Source of the DNA: Phoronis australis
Lineage: Eukaryota; Animalia; Phoronida
Length of the DNA: 64,000 nt
Assembly: GCA_002633005.1 (NCBI GenBank)
Contig: NMRA01000951.1
Span: 25,947-89,946 of the forward strand
Reading direction: 5' to 3'
A program made the translations under genes and the position numbers. The notes under the pieces are model-generated. The model had not been told where the DNA came from. It saw nothing but the letters and a program-made list of their open reading frames with translations, and ran no database searches. Below are positions 13,401-25,731 of the stretch, piece after piece (position 1 is the first letter of the stretch; every line of letters begins with the position of its first letter).

Positions 13401-16400
13401 AAAAGATGGCAGGGCAAAGTATGGATCTCAAACATATACGGTAATTGACACAAGAGAACCAAGATGGCAGAGCAAAGTTGGGATCATTGACATAGGACCA
13501 CCAACAGATGGCAAAGTTGCACTGGTCATTCACAATGAATGACTCACCTGTTGACTATTGACGACTAACTTAGACAGAGAAGTGCCCCCTATGGACCGCA
13601 GTGGCTTTGTGTCTGTTGTTTTCTTCACAGAGTTCATCTGTTTTGCCTCTTCTGCCATACTTTCTGTAGGTGCTACATACCACCGCTTCTTTTCGTATTT
13701 ATTTGCCAGAAAGTCTTTTAGTTTCTGTTCGTCACGAGAGTCCAGGGTAGGCTGTGACCGTGCATCGTACAGGCCGAGCCAAACTTGTCTACAATACTAG
13801 AAACGAAACAAAATGCTGGCTCTTCTAGAAGACAACTGTCACAAGTGGATTAACTGTCTCAAACTAAACTAAGGAGTGAATAATGAAACTTGTTACCAAC
13901 CTATAAATAGGTTCATCCCAAGGTAGCCACATGGGCCTTTGTTAAAAATTATCTAACTATTATTAATCAATTTTTACCACATGTCCATTTTCTGGAAATT
14001 CTAATGTAATTGGAAGCATATGTTCATCTGATTGGCAATGTCACAACTGAATAACGAGTAGGCTAACACTGTAATCAGCTCAACTGGAGCTCAGTGCCAT
14101 CTCAATCATTTGATGAGCTTGAATAACACTTAAGATACATGTGAAATAATTATTATAATGAACGGAAAACTTAGAAACAAAACTTAACACATCACCAGTC
14201 ATGTAACCAGTCTTAAAAGGTTGAAGTAGCACCCCTTCACAACAGTGTATCAAAAACCGTTCATATCTTAACACATGTGAACTGCAGCTGGATTCCGTTT
14301 CAACCACAATCAAAGGGGGAAAACCCTGGAGTAGCACACTCAAAGGGGCAAAATGCAGTTTGATTAGCACCATTAAATGGCAAAATGACCCTGCATTAGC
14401 CAAGCTTGCTTGTACACTTTAAAACAAGATGCACAATTAAAGATCTCGTTTCAAACCTGCGAAAAGTCTAACTTCTTTTTGCTTCAATTCCAAAAGTTAA
14501 ATGCAAATTCAAGTAATGATTTAAATTTTGAGCTTACATCATTCACACCATTTCATTATAATTTCCGGTCATGCACTCAAAACACAACACAGTCAATCAC
14601 TGCTTACCATTATGTTACTGGCTGTCTGTTACCAACAACCAATGGTTGTGGCAGTCCCTTTTGTACATAGAGGCCCATATCTATTTTTAAAGAAATAAGT
14701 ACTAAAATATTGCACCATCATATCACCATAACCTGTTTACCTCATTTCCACGCATCACTAGGAAGTCCATTTCTTCAGCACTAAAACTGGTCATTGATAT
14801 ACTTTTCACTCTATGTGGTGGATTTAAACCACGCCTACAAAGAGAAAAAGAGTCGTAAAGTAGATTTAAACCATGCTTACAAACAGAAACAAGAGCCATA
14901 AGGTAGATTTAAGCCATGCCTACAATCATAAACAAGACCAGGTTATTCCATAATTAAAACAAGGGTGTAATTAGACATACTTGACAAGTGTGAACCAATT
15001 CGTGATGTAACAACAATGCTCTTCAGCCCTGCACATAAATAACATGCAGACATGACTAAACAGGTTTAGTATATCAATAAGCATTCGTTCAATTAAAATG
15101 AGCATTTGTCTCAAGACTAACAGATCACTCCACAAATTTTCTTATATCTTTCAATGCCAGATGCAGTCATTGGCCAGTTGGGTACTCGGTAATTTTCGAG
15201 AAGTAAACTTCTCGTGGCACAGAATGAAAGTCTGTGGCTGACTATGGTCTTTGTAGGAATCCAACACAACTGTACTGCGACCTGAGCCTGGATGAACACC
15301 TTTTAGAGACTTTGCAACGTCACCAATTTGGATGCCGAACGGGAAAAGCATCTCAAAGTTATTTAAGCAATACATCGTTCTAACCGTCGCAAAGCAGTGG
15401 GGGCGACAACTCAGCAACAGGAAAGCTCAGCTCACCTGATTTCCCTTTTGACCATGATAAAGTATACTAAACATTGTCAGGAAACAATTACATAAAAAAC
15501 TGGGTACATACATTGACCATGTTGTGACATGCATAAGAACTACATGACTGACAATGGGTATAATTTAGTCATGTGACCAAATGAGTTACATTGGTAATAG
15601 AATTGGGTTACTTAAAGTTAAGCAAAAGTGTTTAAGAACACAAAAACACCAAAGTTAATTGATAGGTAAGTCTGAATTTATTAGGCTTTCTGGTTTACAG
15701 TATACCTTCCCTCAAAAGTCATCACCAGCTCCCAGTGATAACTGATATCCACCAAGGCTGCTCAATACAGGGATTGTAGACAACTAAAAGTTATCAAATT
15801 TAGTGCCTGCCTTTGAAAGCATGCCCTTACCATTTTAAAAGTTCATAAACTGAAACAAAATTATTTCAAACGATGTACCAAGGTGCTTGATATACCAAGA
15901 CTAATTTCCAAGTAAATCCTTAGAGGTACCGAAGTCACCATTTCGTTGGAGATTCTGCGAGGACATGCAACAACTAGACAAAGTTGTCTGCTCACCATGG
16001 TAACAAGAATACCCGGAGATGTTGCTGATCATCATAGGAATCAAAACAGTGTTCAAGTTAGACAGTGACCACCTATAGGAGTTTTTCCGAGGCATTCAGT
16101 TGCAACGCGGATTTAGTGAAGCAGTCATTTTTAAAAGTGCGACACCTTTCGGCAGGATTGATAACTAACGGTTAACCTAGAGTGAAGTTGGTTCGATGCA
16201 GAATGTATTTCTGTGTTCGCGTATTTTAGCCTGCCAGTGATATTAGTTATCTTATTACCTAATTCCACTTGATTGAAACAGTTTTTGTCTCTGAGACGAC
16301 ACATGTCCACCATAATGACATAACACGAGCCAAAATCATTACCGTGAGATGTCACGTGTTTTCCAGGACAATATTTGTCCACGAGAACATGCACTCTCAT

Positions 16401-17042
16401 GATTTTTCTAAAGAAGAAGTTTTGAAGAGTCAATCCTTTATAAAAGACTACTACTGTTTTTTTTACTCAGTTTCTTTAATGTGCCACGTGGTATCTTCAA
16501 TATACTAGCCAATTTTGGGGTCTTTTGACACACGCGTGATCATTATAATTACCATTCCTGCCGAGAGATGTCCCAGTTTTATAATGGCGGTCACTAGATA
16601 TCGGCTGCCGCAAATGAACACCTCGTAAAAACAGTGAATGCATAAATAAGAAGAGCCTAATAATGGGTACGAGTAATGCGTTTTTGGAATCACCATGATC
16701 ACCAAGGCGAGAGGATTAAAAAAACATTAATACCAAGTATGTACGTTAATGGAGTCGGATTATAAACAATAACCCCATTCTCCACTGAGAGTGTGTTCCT
16801 AAACCCGGAATACGGAAGTCCCCACACACAGACACGCACAGATCACGGATTTCCTGTTTAAATCCATAAATTACTTACAAAGCACCACTACACGAAGTAC
16901 AAACATATGACCCCAAAGTCACGTTAACGTATGTTGGTCCCCTTTGGCCACAATCAAAACACTGTTTGTTGTGAGCCAAGGACACCATTTCACGCAACAT
17001 TTTAAGGTGTTTTTCATCTTGCTTGCGCTTGTTGGTGGCCAT
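4464..17042 (-). CDS. AGFG1: Arf-GAP domain and FG repeat-containing protein (AGFG1/HRB/drongo-like), 10 coding exons, ~569 aa
   Basis: Phase-consistent GT-AG exons: 17042-16879, 14834-14741, 13796-13548, 12980-12812, 12164-12075, 10050-9823, 9399-9283, 8195-8148, 7126-6636, 4523-4464. N-terminus MATNKRKQDEKHLKMLREM; ArfGAP zinc finger CFDCGQRGPTYVNVTLGSYVCTSCSG; LRGLNPPHRVKSISM; KYEKKRWY; DLLGDLGGDPF; FG and NPF motifs; C-terminus STNPFL* as in AGFG1. Confidence 0.95.
5119..6537 (+). mobile_element. Helentron/DINE-1(HINE)-like non-autonomous element with an internal ~190-bp tandem array
   Basis: Starts acaagagcgctc. The 5' subterminal cacttggcgaaatt is matched by a 3' stem-loop tacttg..aatt/aatt..caagta (6501-6532). 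Ends aagtaataa. Tandem units begin at 5122, 5314, 5512 and (partial) 5698. Family assignment is from structure only. Confidence 0.6.
10173..11771. mobile_element. Non-autonomous hAT-like DNA transposon in an AGFG1 intron
   Basis: Imperfect TIRs cagggcttcgaat / attccaagccttg (11 of 13 match), flanked on both sides by caagcc. No intact transposase. Confidence 0.55.
12456..12670. repeat. CA-rich degenerate tandem repeat
   Basis: Recurring acacatccatggctccttacag units with (CA)n spacers. Confidence 0.7.
13312..13530. repeat. Degenerate minisatellite next to the AGFG1 exon 3 donor
   Basis: Repeated agatggcag..caaagt units. Confidence 0.6.
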
Positions 17043-17370
17043 CTTGAATATGTTGACCGTAAATAACCGAAAGTTATCGAGTTCATCCACTGCGCGCCAG
17101 CTTCTTCCCAGTGCTGTTATCCAACATTTTACGAAATTGAGAAGCCCATGTCAACTCATTCATCACATTATTTACACTTTGTCAACCTATTAGTGTCTAC
17201 AAATGAGTTAGTTCCAAATAGTTCTCAGAAATACAATCTCCATGTTTGATCGGGTATCACCGTAAATGTCCGACCATTTCCCCGCAACTGACATAAACTT
17301 CCGGTGTCTCTGGAGTGTGGAACAGTGTAGAAAACAGGCAAAAGTTGAGAGGTTGCATGTGTGTTTAGCT
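17043..17370. promoter_or_regulatory. Bidirectional promoter between AGFG1 and the C6orf163-like gene
   Basis: Divergent start codons are separated by 328 bp; ETS/GABP-type ACTTCCGG at 17297-17304. Confidence 0.6.
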
Positions 17371-20300
17371 ATGTCCAAGCGACGGATACGTTATGCACGA
17401 GATCCCCTCGAGCTCTTAGAAAGGATTCTCAACAAAACAACGTTGACTACTCAAAAATTAAGACACACTCAAATTCAAGGTATTCTACATCGACCTCCGA
17501 GTCCATACTGTACATACAGCATCAATGATTGTCAGTCTGTTAAAAGTACAGTCTCGGTTTGTCAGTGACAGTAATTTTTTACAATTAATCTTTGCTTTTG
17601 ACTCCTGTAACAAACTGTAATATAAATCAAGGCCACAGCATCCTTTGGTGTGATAAACCTGACTTGGCAATGACTCAAGCCAGTAAAGGGGAGTTCGATC
17701 GACAACCTCATTTCCAAATACATCTATTTCAATTTCTCTAATTCAGTGCAGGGCCACTTTAGACAGTAGTAGTGCTAAAAATCCAATAGAATATTTTCAC
17801 TGTTGCCAACTTGATTTGTTCTATTTCAAAGCTTAGTTTGAGCTAATTAGACTGCCATGGCTGAGGTGTTCAATTTGTGGAGTTGAGGCATTTCATTTCG
17901 ACTGTACGTTCTTGTGACTCAGTTTTTCAATCCTTGTTGGGAGCTGTGCTTCATACAAAATATCTATATTTGATGCAAATATATGTTTATTTACTTACAG
18001 TCATTTTGCACACCCAAGTGTAAGTACTTATGACATTTTATTGAAAACATGTCAGCAATCCTATGATGTATTGATTGACATGTGTTTTTACAATCAATAC
18101 ATAATTGTTATTGTTTATATGTTAATTGATCTCTTTGATTATTTTTGTGTCTTTTTGTATTTGTTTGATTAAGCTTGAGTTAACTCAGACAATATTTCAC
18201 TGTATGAGAGCCTACAATTACAGAGTCTTTATAGTGTGGCATGGTGACTGGCAGGTCTCACTTTCTGTTGATGTGGTGAAGTGACAGGCACTAATCTGTT
18301 GTTGTTTAATTTAATTGTGATGTGCCTAATGGATAATAAGAAAAGAATTCAATCTCAGTATTTTGTAAATGTTGAAAGGGTTTTAAGAAGTGAGTATAGA
18401 ATGCTTTATTTTTTTATTGACTTGAAGGAATGGGTTATAAGATTTGTTGAATTTTCAACATGCTCAAATATTTACTTCAAATCTCTTTAGTCTGTTTGTT
18501 AGTTATAAACCTTAGTAAAGTTCTGATTGTTTAAGCTTATAGAAGTAGGATGTTTGAGTTCTTGCATACATAATATGAGTAGGGGCTGTGGTGTAACAAA
18601 AAAGCTTGGCATGACCTAATTAAATTGGCATTAGTTTCAATACTCAGTATAGCTGTTCTTAATGGAAAAGCAACAAATTCTCCTGTTCTAAATCTTGTAA
18701 CTGGCCTTCACATGTGTGTTTGGGTGCATAACTCATGCTTTAGGTCAATAGTTCATTTTTTTCTAGGCAGGTGACTCTAGTAGATTTGTTTTGGGTGAGT
18801 GACCCATGACTGAAGTGGGGGATACCAAAGGTTGTGACTCCTGATCCTTCCCTTTGCTTAAAGATGCTTTTTACCCAGCTTTATCTCATCAGTTTCTTCT
18901 GCATAAGGAATTGAAAATTGTATTAAATTACTTGTAGGAGATGATAAGTGACATCACTGAAGTTTGTTGTTCAACAAATACAATGAGTGGGCTGTTGCCA
19001 TCACGAATGTAGAATCTTGGCGTGACATGTAAGATATCATGACCATGACTCACCAGCACTGAGCGGAAAACTAGATCTACCAATCATTAACACCACCACG
19101 ATCTCCATGACTTTGATCAGTCTAGGGTGAACCTGAACCTGTCTTTGATCTGTGTGTGGGAGAACCTGAACCTGTCTTTCCTTTGGGTCCAACCTCTCTA
19201 ACATCTGATTTCAGAGCATGGAGACCATGCTTTGGTGCAGATCCATCAAAGTCACCAAGATGAGAAGGAGCAGCTTGTCCGTGAAGCAGTTCAGCAGGTC
19301 GAAGATCGCGCGACAAGGGAGTTAACAGCAGCTCTGAAACGACTCAGAGGTCAACTGGATGAAGAGAAGCGGAGAGCATTAGAACGGCAGAAAAATGTGA
19401 GGACACCTATTGTGTAATAAGCGAATTGTTTTGGTCTTTGCCTCTTGTGAGCATGTTTCATAATTGATTCAGTAATCTGTTTGACTTATTTTCTTTTCAC
19501 AACTATTTGATGTTATACAGAAGTCAAAGCACACACACACACACACACTTGCTACAGTAAAATCTCAACAATTTAGGGCACAATAAGACAGACAAGTGAA
19601 ATTTTATTTTGTGGCTGTGTTTATTTCTGTAGTTGATTATATAAACTAATACATGGCTTTGTTACTGTTCATTTAAAGTTAATATTGAAATTGATTTTTG
19701 ACCAAAACCTGCTTGCTTTGGATATTATAATTGTGGAGACTTGCTCTGTTACATTTGGCCCCACGTTGGGCGCCAAATGTAACAGAGCAAGTCTCCACTG
19801 AACCTCAAAATATGTATTTTCTCTCATCAGGCATTCGTTTCAGTTCAATTTGCACATGATAACGATCAACTTTCTATGAAAGCAAAAGAAGGAAACACCC
19901 TTTTCCTAAGCCTGTCGCTAGCGAAGTGCCCGACACATACAGTCGCGCCCACATGCCCACGTAACAAAGACGCACTGAGACGCAACAAAGACATTAGCAT
20001 AAGAATAACTGAACATTTGCAACTAAATAAGAATAACAATAAGCGTAAAGTTACGAACGTCCCGTCACAGTTTGTATTTTACAGATGACTGTAACTGTTT
20101 GCTGTGCCAGCTGGCATATTATTTATCATTATCACTTTTTGACCTGGTCTTGCACTGTCCTTTGTTTCATACATTGCCTTGTTACATTTGATTGGTTGTT
20201 TCCATTCAGCAATATGAAAGTTTAGCCAAAAGGGTAGCAGAGCAACGGGACCGGCTGGAAAGTGAACGGATGCGACTTTTAACAAAAAAATTACAGAAAG

Positions 20301-23300
20301 AAAAAGAAGAAGCACTAGAAGAACAGTGGAAGGAAGCTGAGAGGTTTGAATTTTTGTGAAATTACCAATCCACCTCATCTCTCTGTCCACAAACACAGCA
20401 TCATGGGATCTCACTCGCAGCAATCCCACTCATCATTCTGTTCTCAATCACTGTNNNNNNNNNNNNNNNNNNNNNNNNNNNNNNNNNNNNNNNNNNNNNN
20501 NNNNNNNNNNNNNNNNNNNNNNNNNNNNNNNNNNNNNNNNNNNNNNNNNNNNNNNNNNNNNNNNNNNNNNNNNNNNNNNNNNNNNNNNNNNNNNNNNNNN
20601 NNNNNNNNNNNNNNNNNNNNNNNNNNNNNNNNNNNNNNNNNNNNNNNNNNNNNNNNNNNNNNNNNNNNNNNNNNNNNNNNNNNNNNNNNNNNNNNNNNNN
20701 NNNNNNNNNNNNNNNNNNNNNNNNNNNNNNNNNNNNNNNNNNNNNNNNNNNNNNNNNNNNNNNNNNNNNNNNNNNNNNNNNNNNNNNNNNNNNNNNNNNN
20801 NNNNNNNNNNNNNNNNNNNNNNNNNNNNNNNNNNNNNNNNNNNNNNNNNNNNNNNNNNNNNNNNNNNNNNNNNNNNNNNNNNNNNNNNNNNNNNNNNNNN
20901 NNNNNNNNNNNNNNNNNNNNNNNNNNNNNNNNNNNNNNNNNNNNNNNNNNNNNNNNNNNNNNNNNNTTTGTTTTCAGGATAAAAGAAATCGCCATACAAG
21001 CAGCCTGCGATGCATTGAGAATAGAGCTGAGAAAGCAATTCATTCTAGAAAAGGAAAAGGCAATAGCAGAAGCTCTTGCACTGGCAAGGGTAATAATTCC
21101 TTCAATTTTTATGTCCCCGTGAATATATGGGTACATATTGCCATCATCTGTCCAGTGTCCATTTGGCATCTCCTACGCTAACATTTCCGGTTTTGTTAAC
21201 CAAACACCTAAGCAAGACTGTGACTGAGCTGTACGAATTGATTCATAAATTAATTCTTGTGGCTTAGCCGCAATGTTGAAGAAAACCTATTTGCTAATTT
21301 TTCTTATAATGCATCCATTTTAAAAATTCTAAGATGGCCACTGTTTATTTTTCAATTTTAAAAGCAGTCGTGTTGGTCATTTGCTTTATTTGTTGTTCGT
21401 TTTTTACTTTGAAACTCGTACAGTAAACAGGCGCGTTGATTAACACTGCAGTTATCTCATCGGATACACATTCAGCCCAGCCCATGAATAGCGACTAGCT
21501 CACTTCAATCTTTGACAGCGCTATCAAGCCTTTGATATGCTGAGGAATTTGCTTGATACTCTTGGGTAAACAGTACACGCTTTCTCATCCTCTTGTATGC
21601 AAATCCTGTTAGCCCAAGATTTGCTTAATGATCTGCTAATCCCTGGCAGGATCTTTGTGAAATTTGGCAAGTGTATTCCTACTAATGTTACAACAGATAT
21701 TTATTTTGTGATGTATCCAACTACTGCTGTGCCCCCTAGTGGCAATTCCATTTTTTGCATTTGCCTTTGTATCAGGTTTTCATGGAACTTGGCAGTTGGC
21801 AAATATTAGGTTTTATTCAGACAGATTTATTTTGGACAGATTCAACTTATTCTGTAAAACCTAGTGCCCATTTTTCTTACCTTTTAGTCTTGTTTAGGTG
21901 GTATCCTTTTAAATATGCCAAACTACTCGAATGATTATAATAGAATTTGGCAGATATGTTTTCAGTGAGAGCACAGCTGGCATTGATTTCCACACAAATT
22001 TGAGTACTGTTACAGTAGCATTTTTCTTTTCCCTCTACCTCAATATCAAGCAAGGTTTTGATTTTCATGAAATTTGGTTATATTCGTTCCCATTGATGAG
22101 AGCACAGCTGACGCTGATTTTGGTAAGAGTATGCAACTACTGTGGCATTCCCTAGTGGCAGTAGATGATGGCACCTCCTCTGGAGAATTTCTCATTTACA
22201 CTGGTCACTCCTGAGATTCCCTTTGCCCTCAGACAACTTTTATAATGCCTATTCAGCTCGCCCTTTGTATTCAAGCTTGTGAAGCAGAAAGGTAATCACT
22301 AGCACTACTCTATGTGGTGGTTGTTATTATACCAAAATAATGGAAATGTCGAAAGTACGGGTTTGATTACATTTTAGATACCGGTATTAAAAAATAACTA
22401 AAAATGGTATATAACCTTGGGTTTATCTTGACAAGGGCCATTTTCCAATCGATCATTGGTTTTGAATATGTATACCATTTTCGTCATTTTATTTTTAATA
22501 CTTCAGTCTACTTTAAATGTTTTGTTTCCTGTCGGGTTGCTATCTTTTGATTTTATGTTTAAACTTTAAGTGCCAAAACAGTGGCAGATTTTGATCGCCA
22601 GTGAAACTTAGAAGCCAGCTCTCGCCCACCAACCCACATCATCTATTGCTTGGCTTTTCTCATTGACTTTGAAGCTAGCCATAGTTAAAGTTTTCATGAC
22701 ACGTGTTTCCTGGCCAGCTGATTGTCAAGTATCACAGTTTTCTGGTTAGCGTGCTACTCCTTGAGTAAAGAAGTTCGACATGACTGGGCAATAGGCGCTG
22801 TCTTAAAAGCAATTGACGTCTAATTTGGTGTCGGTATGTTGTTTCTATTTGTCGTAGTTTAGTTGTACAATAAAAGAATAAACCTAAAATTCACCAGTAT
22901 GTATAGGCAGAGATGTTTACTGCAGTTTATGTCCGGCTGATTACACTTAATTGGGTCTTGCTGGCACTGGACAATGTGGTCATCACAACTGAGTCCAACT
23001 CTGGCACCTTTGTGGAAAATTGTTATTGCATCTGAGCACCCTTTGTATCTTTGTGATTCACACCGTGGGCACATATCAACACTCTGCGTTGCTTTTGTTC
23101 GAATCTCTGGCAAGCTGTTTCATTTCTAAATACTGGTATTATATGGTTTCTTATTGAATACATTGAATGAATGCACTTACATGCATTTGCATGGAACACA
23201 GGTATTTAACTTAACCAAATATTTTTTACCAAACTTTAGCTTGCAGTTAGTTGACTAATATGTTTCCAGTCGTATACAAGGATTTTCTCTAAGTCAGTAC

Positions 23301-25731
23301 TTTTTGTAAAAAAATACTATCAGCCAAAATCTGTGGTGCCAAAGGGTGACCTATCTAATAACATTGCATACCAATTTGTAACCGAATTTTGTGTACTTTC
23401 TTTGTTTTGCTCATGGTCTGTTGATTTTACACATCACGTTGTTTTTTTGTTGTTTACATAGGAGAAGTTCCGTATTCGTGAGCTGGAGACAATAAAGCGA
23501 GTGAGAGAAGAATGTGAACAGCGAGCTGCAGAGGAGGCAGCTAGAGTGGCAGAGTTGCACAAGATTGAGCTGGAGAAACAGAGACAACGGTGAGCATGTC
23601 TATAACTTGTGTTGATTGACTGGAATCACCAGTGGAACATGGTATGCACTGTTCAACAGCGAGCATGTCTGTAATTTGTGTTGGTTGACTGGCATCAACA
23701 GAGCAGTGGTATACAGTGTTCATAAGTGACCTTAGTTTAGTGTGCAACTTTGTTAACTCTTCTGAGAACAAGGAAAGTGTGACTAGATTGTTAACTTGTA
23801 TGAAACTTAGACCTAAGGTACATGTGACGTAATAGCTCTATTTCGTTTAAGCAGACATCTTTTATTAGTTATCATAAGATGGAAATTATTTCAAATCTGT
23901 CGTGCTGAAGTCCACTCAATGGTGACAGTTAGTCAATCTCATTTTTCAGATACTCCATCCTTCATCAGAAATTTCAGAAAGAAATTGCCCATAAACAAAG
24001 AGTAGAGAAAGATTTCATGGTGAGTGTCATTACTTGAACCATGTGTAAACTAACTGAGGTCTTCTGTTGATCCATGCTGAAGTTCTACCAAGAAGAAATC
24101 TTTCTACAATGGAAGCAAAGAGTACTGAGGGTGCTTACGAAACGTTTACAATGAAGACTGCCTTCTATAATGGTTTTACCTGACTAAGGCACAACAAATG
24201 ACTACATATAAGCTTGAGATTTCAGTTCTGTTGTGTGCCAAAACTCCATCAAGCTTAAGTGAGAAGAGTAGCTGTCTAGGTAAATGAATGTCTTGGATTC
24301 AGAACTTTAATGGTGCATGTAAATTCGGAAGATATTTTTACACTTTTTTCACATTCTTTGCTTGCTACCGCAACAGAAGGCTAGTTTATAGTGAATCTGA
24401 AACTTATATCTCAGCTGTCCAGGTTGCTATCATTATAGTTTGGATGTTTAAATCAGGGACCAGGTAAATGCAGGGTTTCCATTTGGACACCACTTTAATT
24501 ATTAAGTCCTTTCTATGAGCAGCGGTGGTGTGTCGTATGTACAGTGTTTTTATTTAACATGATGCCCAGTGGATAGTCCAGACAAAGAGTTCAGCCATGC
24601 ACAACATACTTGGTGTTACTAGAGTCCCACAAGCACAAGTCAAATATGGTGGAAGTTCCCTGCATACATACTGCAACAACAGATTGTTTTTGATGTTTTT
24701 CCCGATAAACCACACAATCACAAATGGCCCTGTAAAAGAATAAATTATTAAATTAACTGTTTCACTTAATGGTATCCACAATTTCAAGTGTCTGAGATTA
24801 TTAACAAATTCATGTCAATTGAGCTTCAGTCACCTATCAGATCAATTCAAACAGCCAGGTACTGTGGTTGCCACTGCCCACAATTAGGTGTGCTGATACG
24901 CTATTCCACAGCACAACTTACAATGAGGAACAACTGTCTTTACATAATTAGACAGTGTAGTTTTATTGGTGGCCACTAATAGTCTGGTTGTGGAACGTTG
25001 TTGGAAAGGTTGCATTTTTCTTTAAGTCACTTTGTGCTCACTCACTTAATAATATGTTCTACTTGACAATGTTCAATTGTTAATTTTTATTCACATTCAG
25101 GTACAGGTAAAGAAAAAACATTTGCGAAATGTTATGAAGGTGAACGCATTTTCCTTTGGGTTTTGTTTATTCTGGCATATATTCCCAGTCAAATATTCAG
25201 ATGATCGCGAGGTTTACCATGTGATTTTTCCCGCAAGCACTTTTCATTGTCCGATCTCCGTAAATTATTGAACCGCTCTGTAAGTGTCCCAAGCTCATCT
25301 AAAACCATCCAGCTTTTTCGTTGGCAAATAATGTTTGTCACACAAAGATGGAGGAAGATGGCAGTGTTTACATTTTTCGAGCACCCTGATTGGGTGTAAT
25401 TAATAGCTTGATTGACATATTAGAATTGTCCAGACTTTGGTTTCTGATTTGTTCATTTACCATGTCCATCATGCCAATGTATTGGTTGTTCTTGCTGTAG
25501 GAATTACAAGAAGACTACAGGCGCTTCATGGACTACACAGACGGCCAGTATCACTCTGACTTCATGATGATGTTACGTAATTATGGACTCCAGCTCGCAC
25601 ACAAACGGGTCAGCGAGGTTTCGTATAAAGACATAGAGGGCGCCACTAAAGAAGAGCCAGCGAAGTCACCACGAAAACCAATCATAAATCTCAACATTCC
25701 AACGAAATTAGACAATACTCTGAAGACATGA
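17371..25731 (+). CDS. Coiled-coil protein, probably C6orf163-like, 7 exons, ~321 aa
   Basis: Phase-consistent exons: 17371-17479, 19215-19396, 20210-20343, 20978-21089, 23462-23589, 23950-24019, 25501-25731. E/K/R-rich heptad helices. The C-terminal ELQEDYRRFMDYTDGQYHSDF resembles, from memory, C6orf163 ELQET..AFQKYINYTF...HADF. The exon 1 donor (gtattc) is weak. Confidence 0.75.
19530..19548. repeat. (CA)n microsatellite
   Basis: cacacacac run. Confidence 0.85.
19758..20069 (-). mobile_element. LTR (~292 bp, TG...CA) with an adjacent tRNA-Lys(CUU) primer-binding site
   Basis: On the minus strand TGTGAC...TGTTACA (20069-19778) is followed by TT and then TGGCGCCCAACGTGGGGC (19775-19758), the classical tRNA-Lys1,2 PBS. 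No gag/pol follows. Confidence 0.8.
20455..20966. other. Assembly gap (512 N)
   Basis: Run of N. The flanking exons (ending 20343, starting 20978) join in phase, so no coding exon is required in the gap. Confidence 0.99.

Noticed and set aside
15100-15420. Possible retroelement RNase H remnant (VQLCWIP)
   Set aside because: A single short motif with broken frames; not enough to assign.
20346-21169. Long ORFs spanning the N run
   Set aside because: Artefacts of the assembly gap; only 20978-21089 is a real exon.
21590-22165. Degenerate Helentron-like repeat (catgaaatttgg, ccctagtggca motifs)
   Set aside because: Termini could not be defined.
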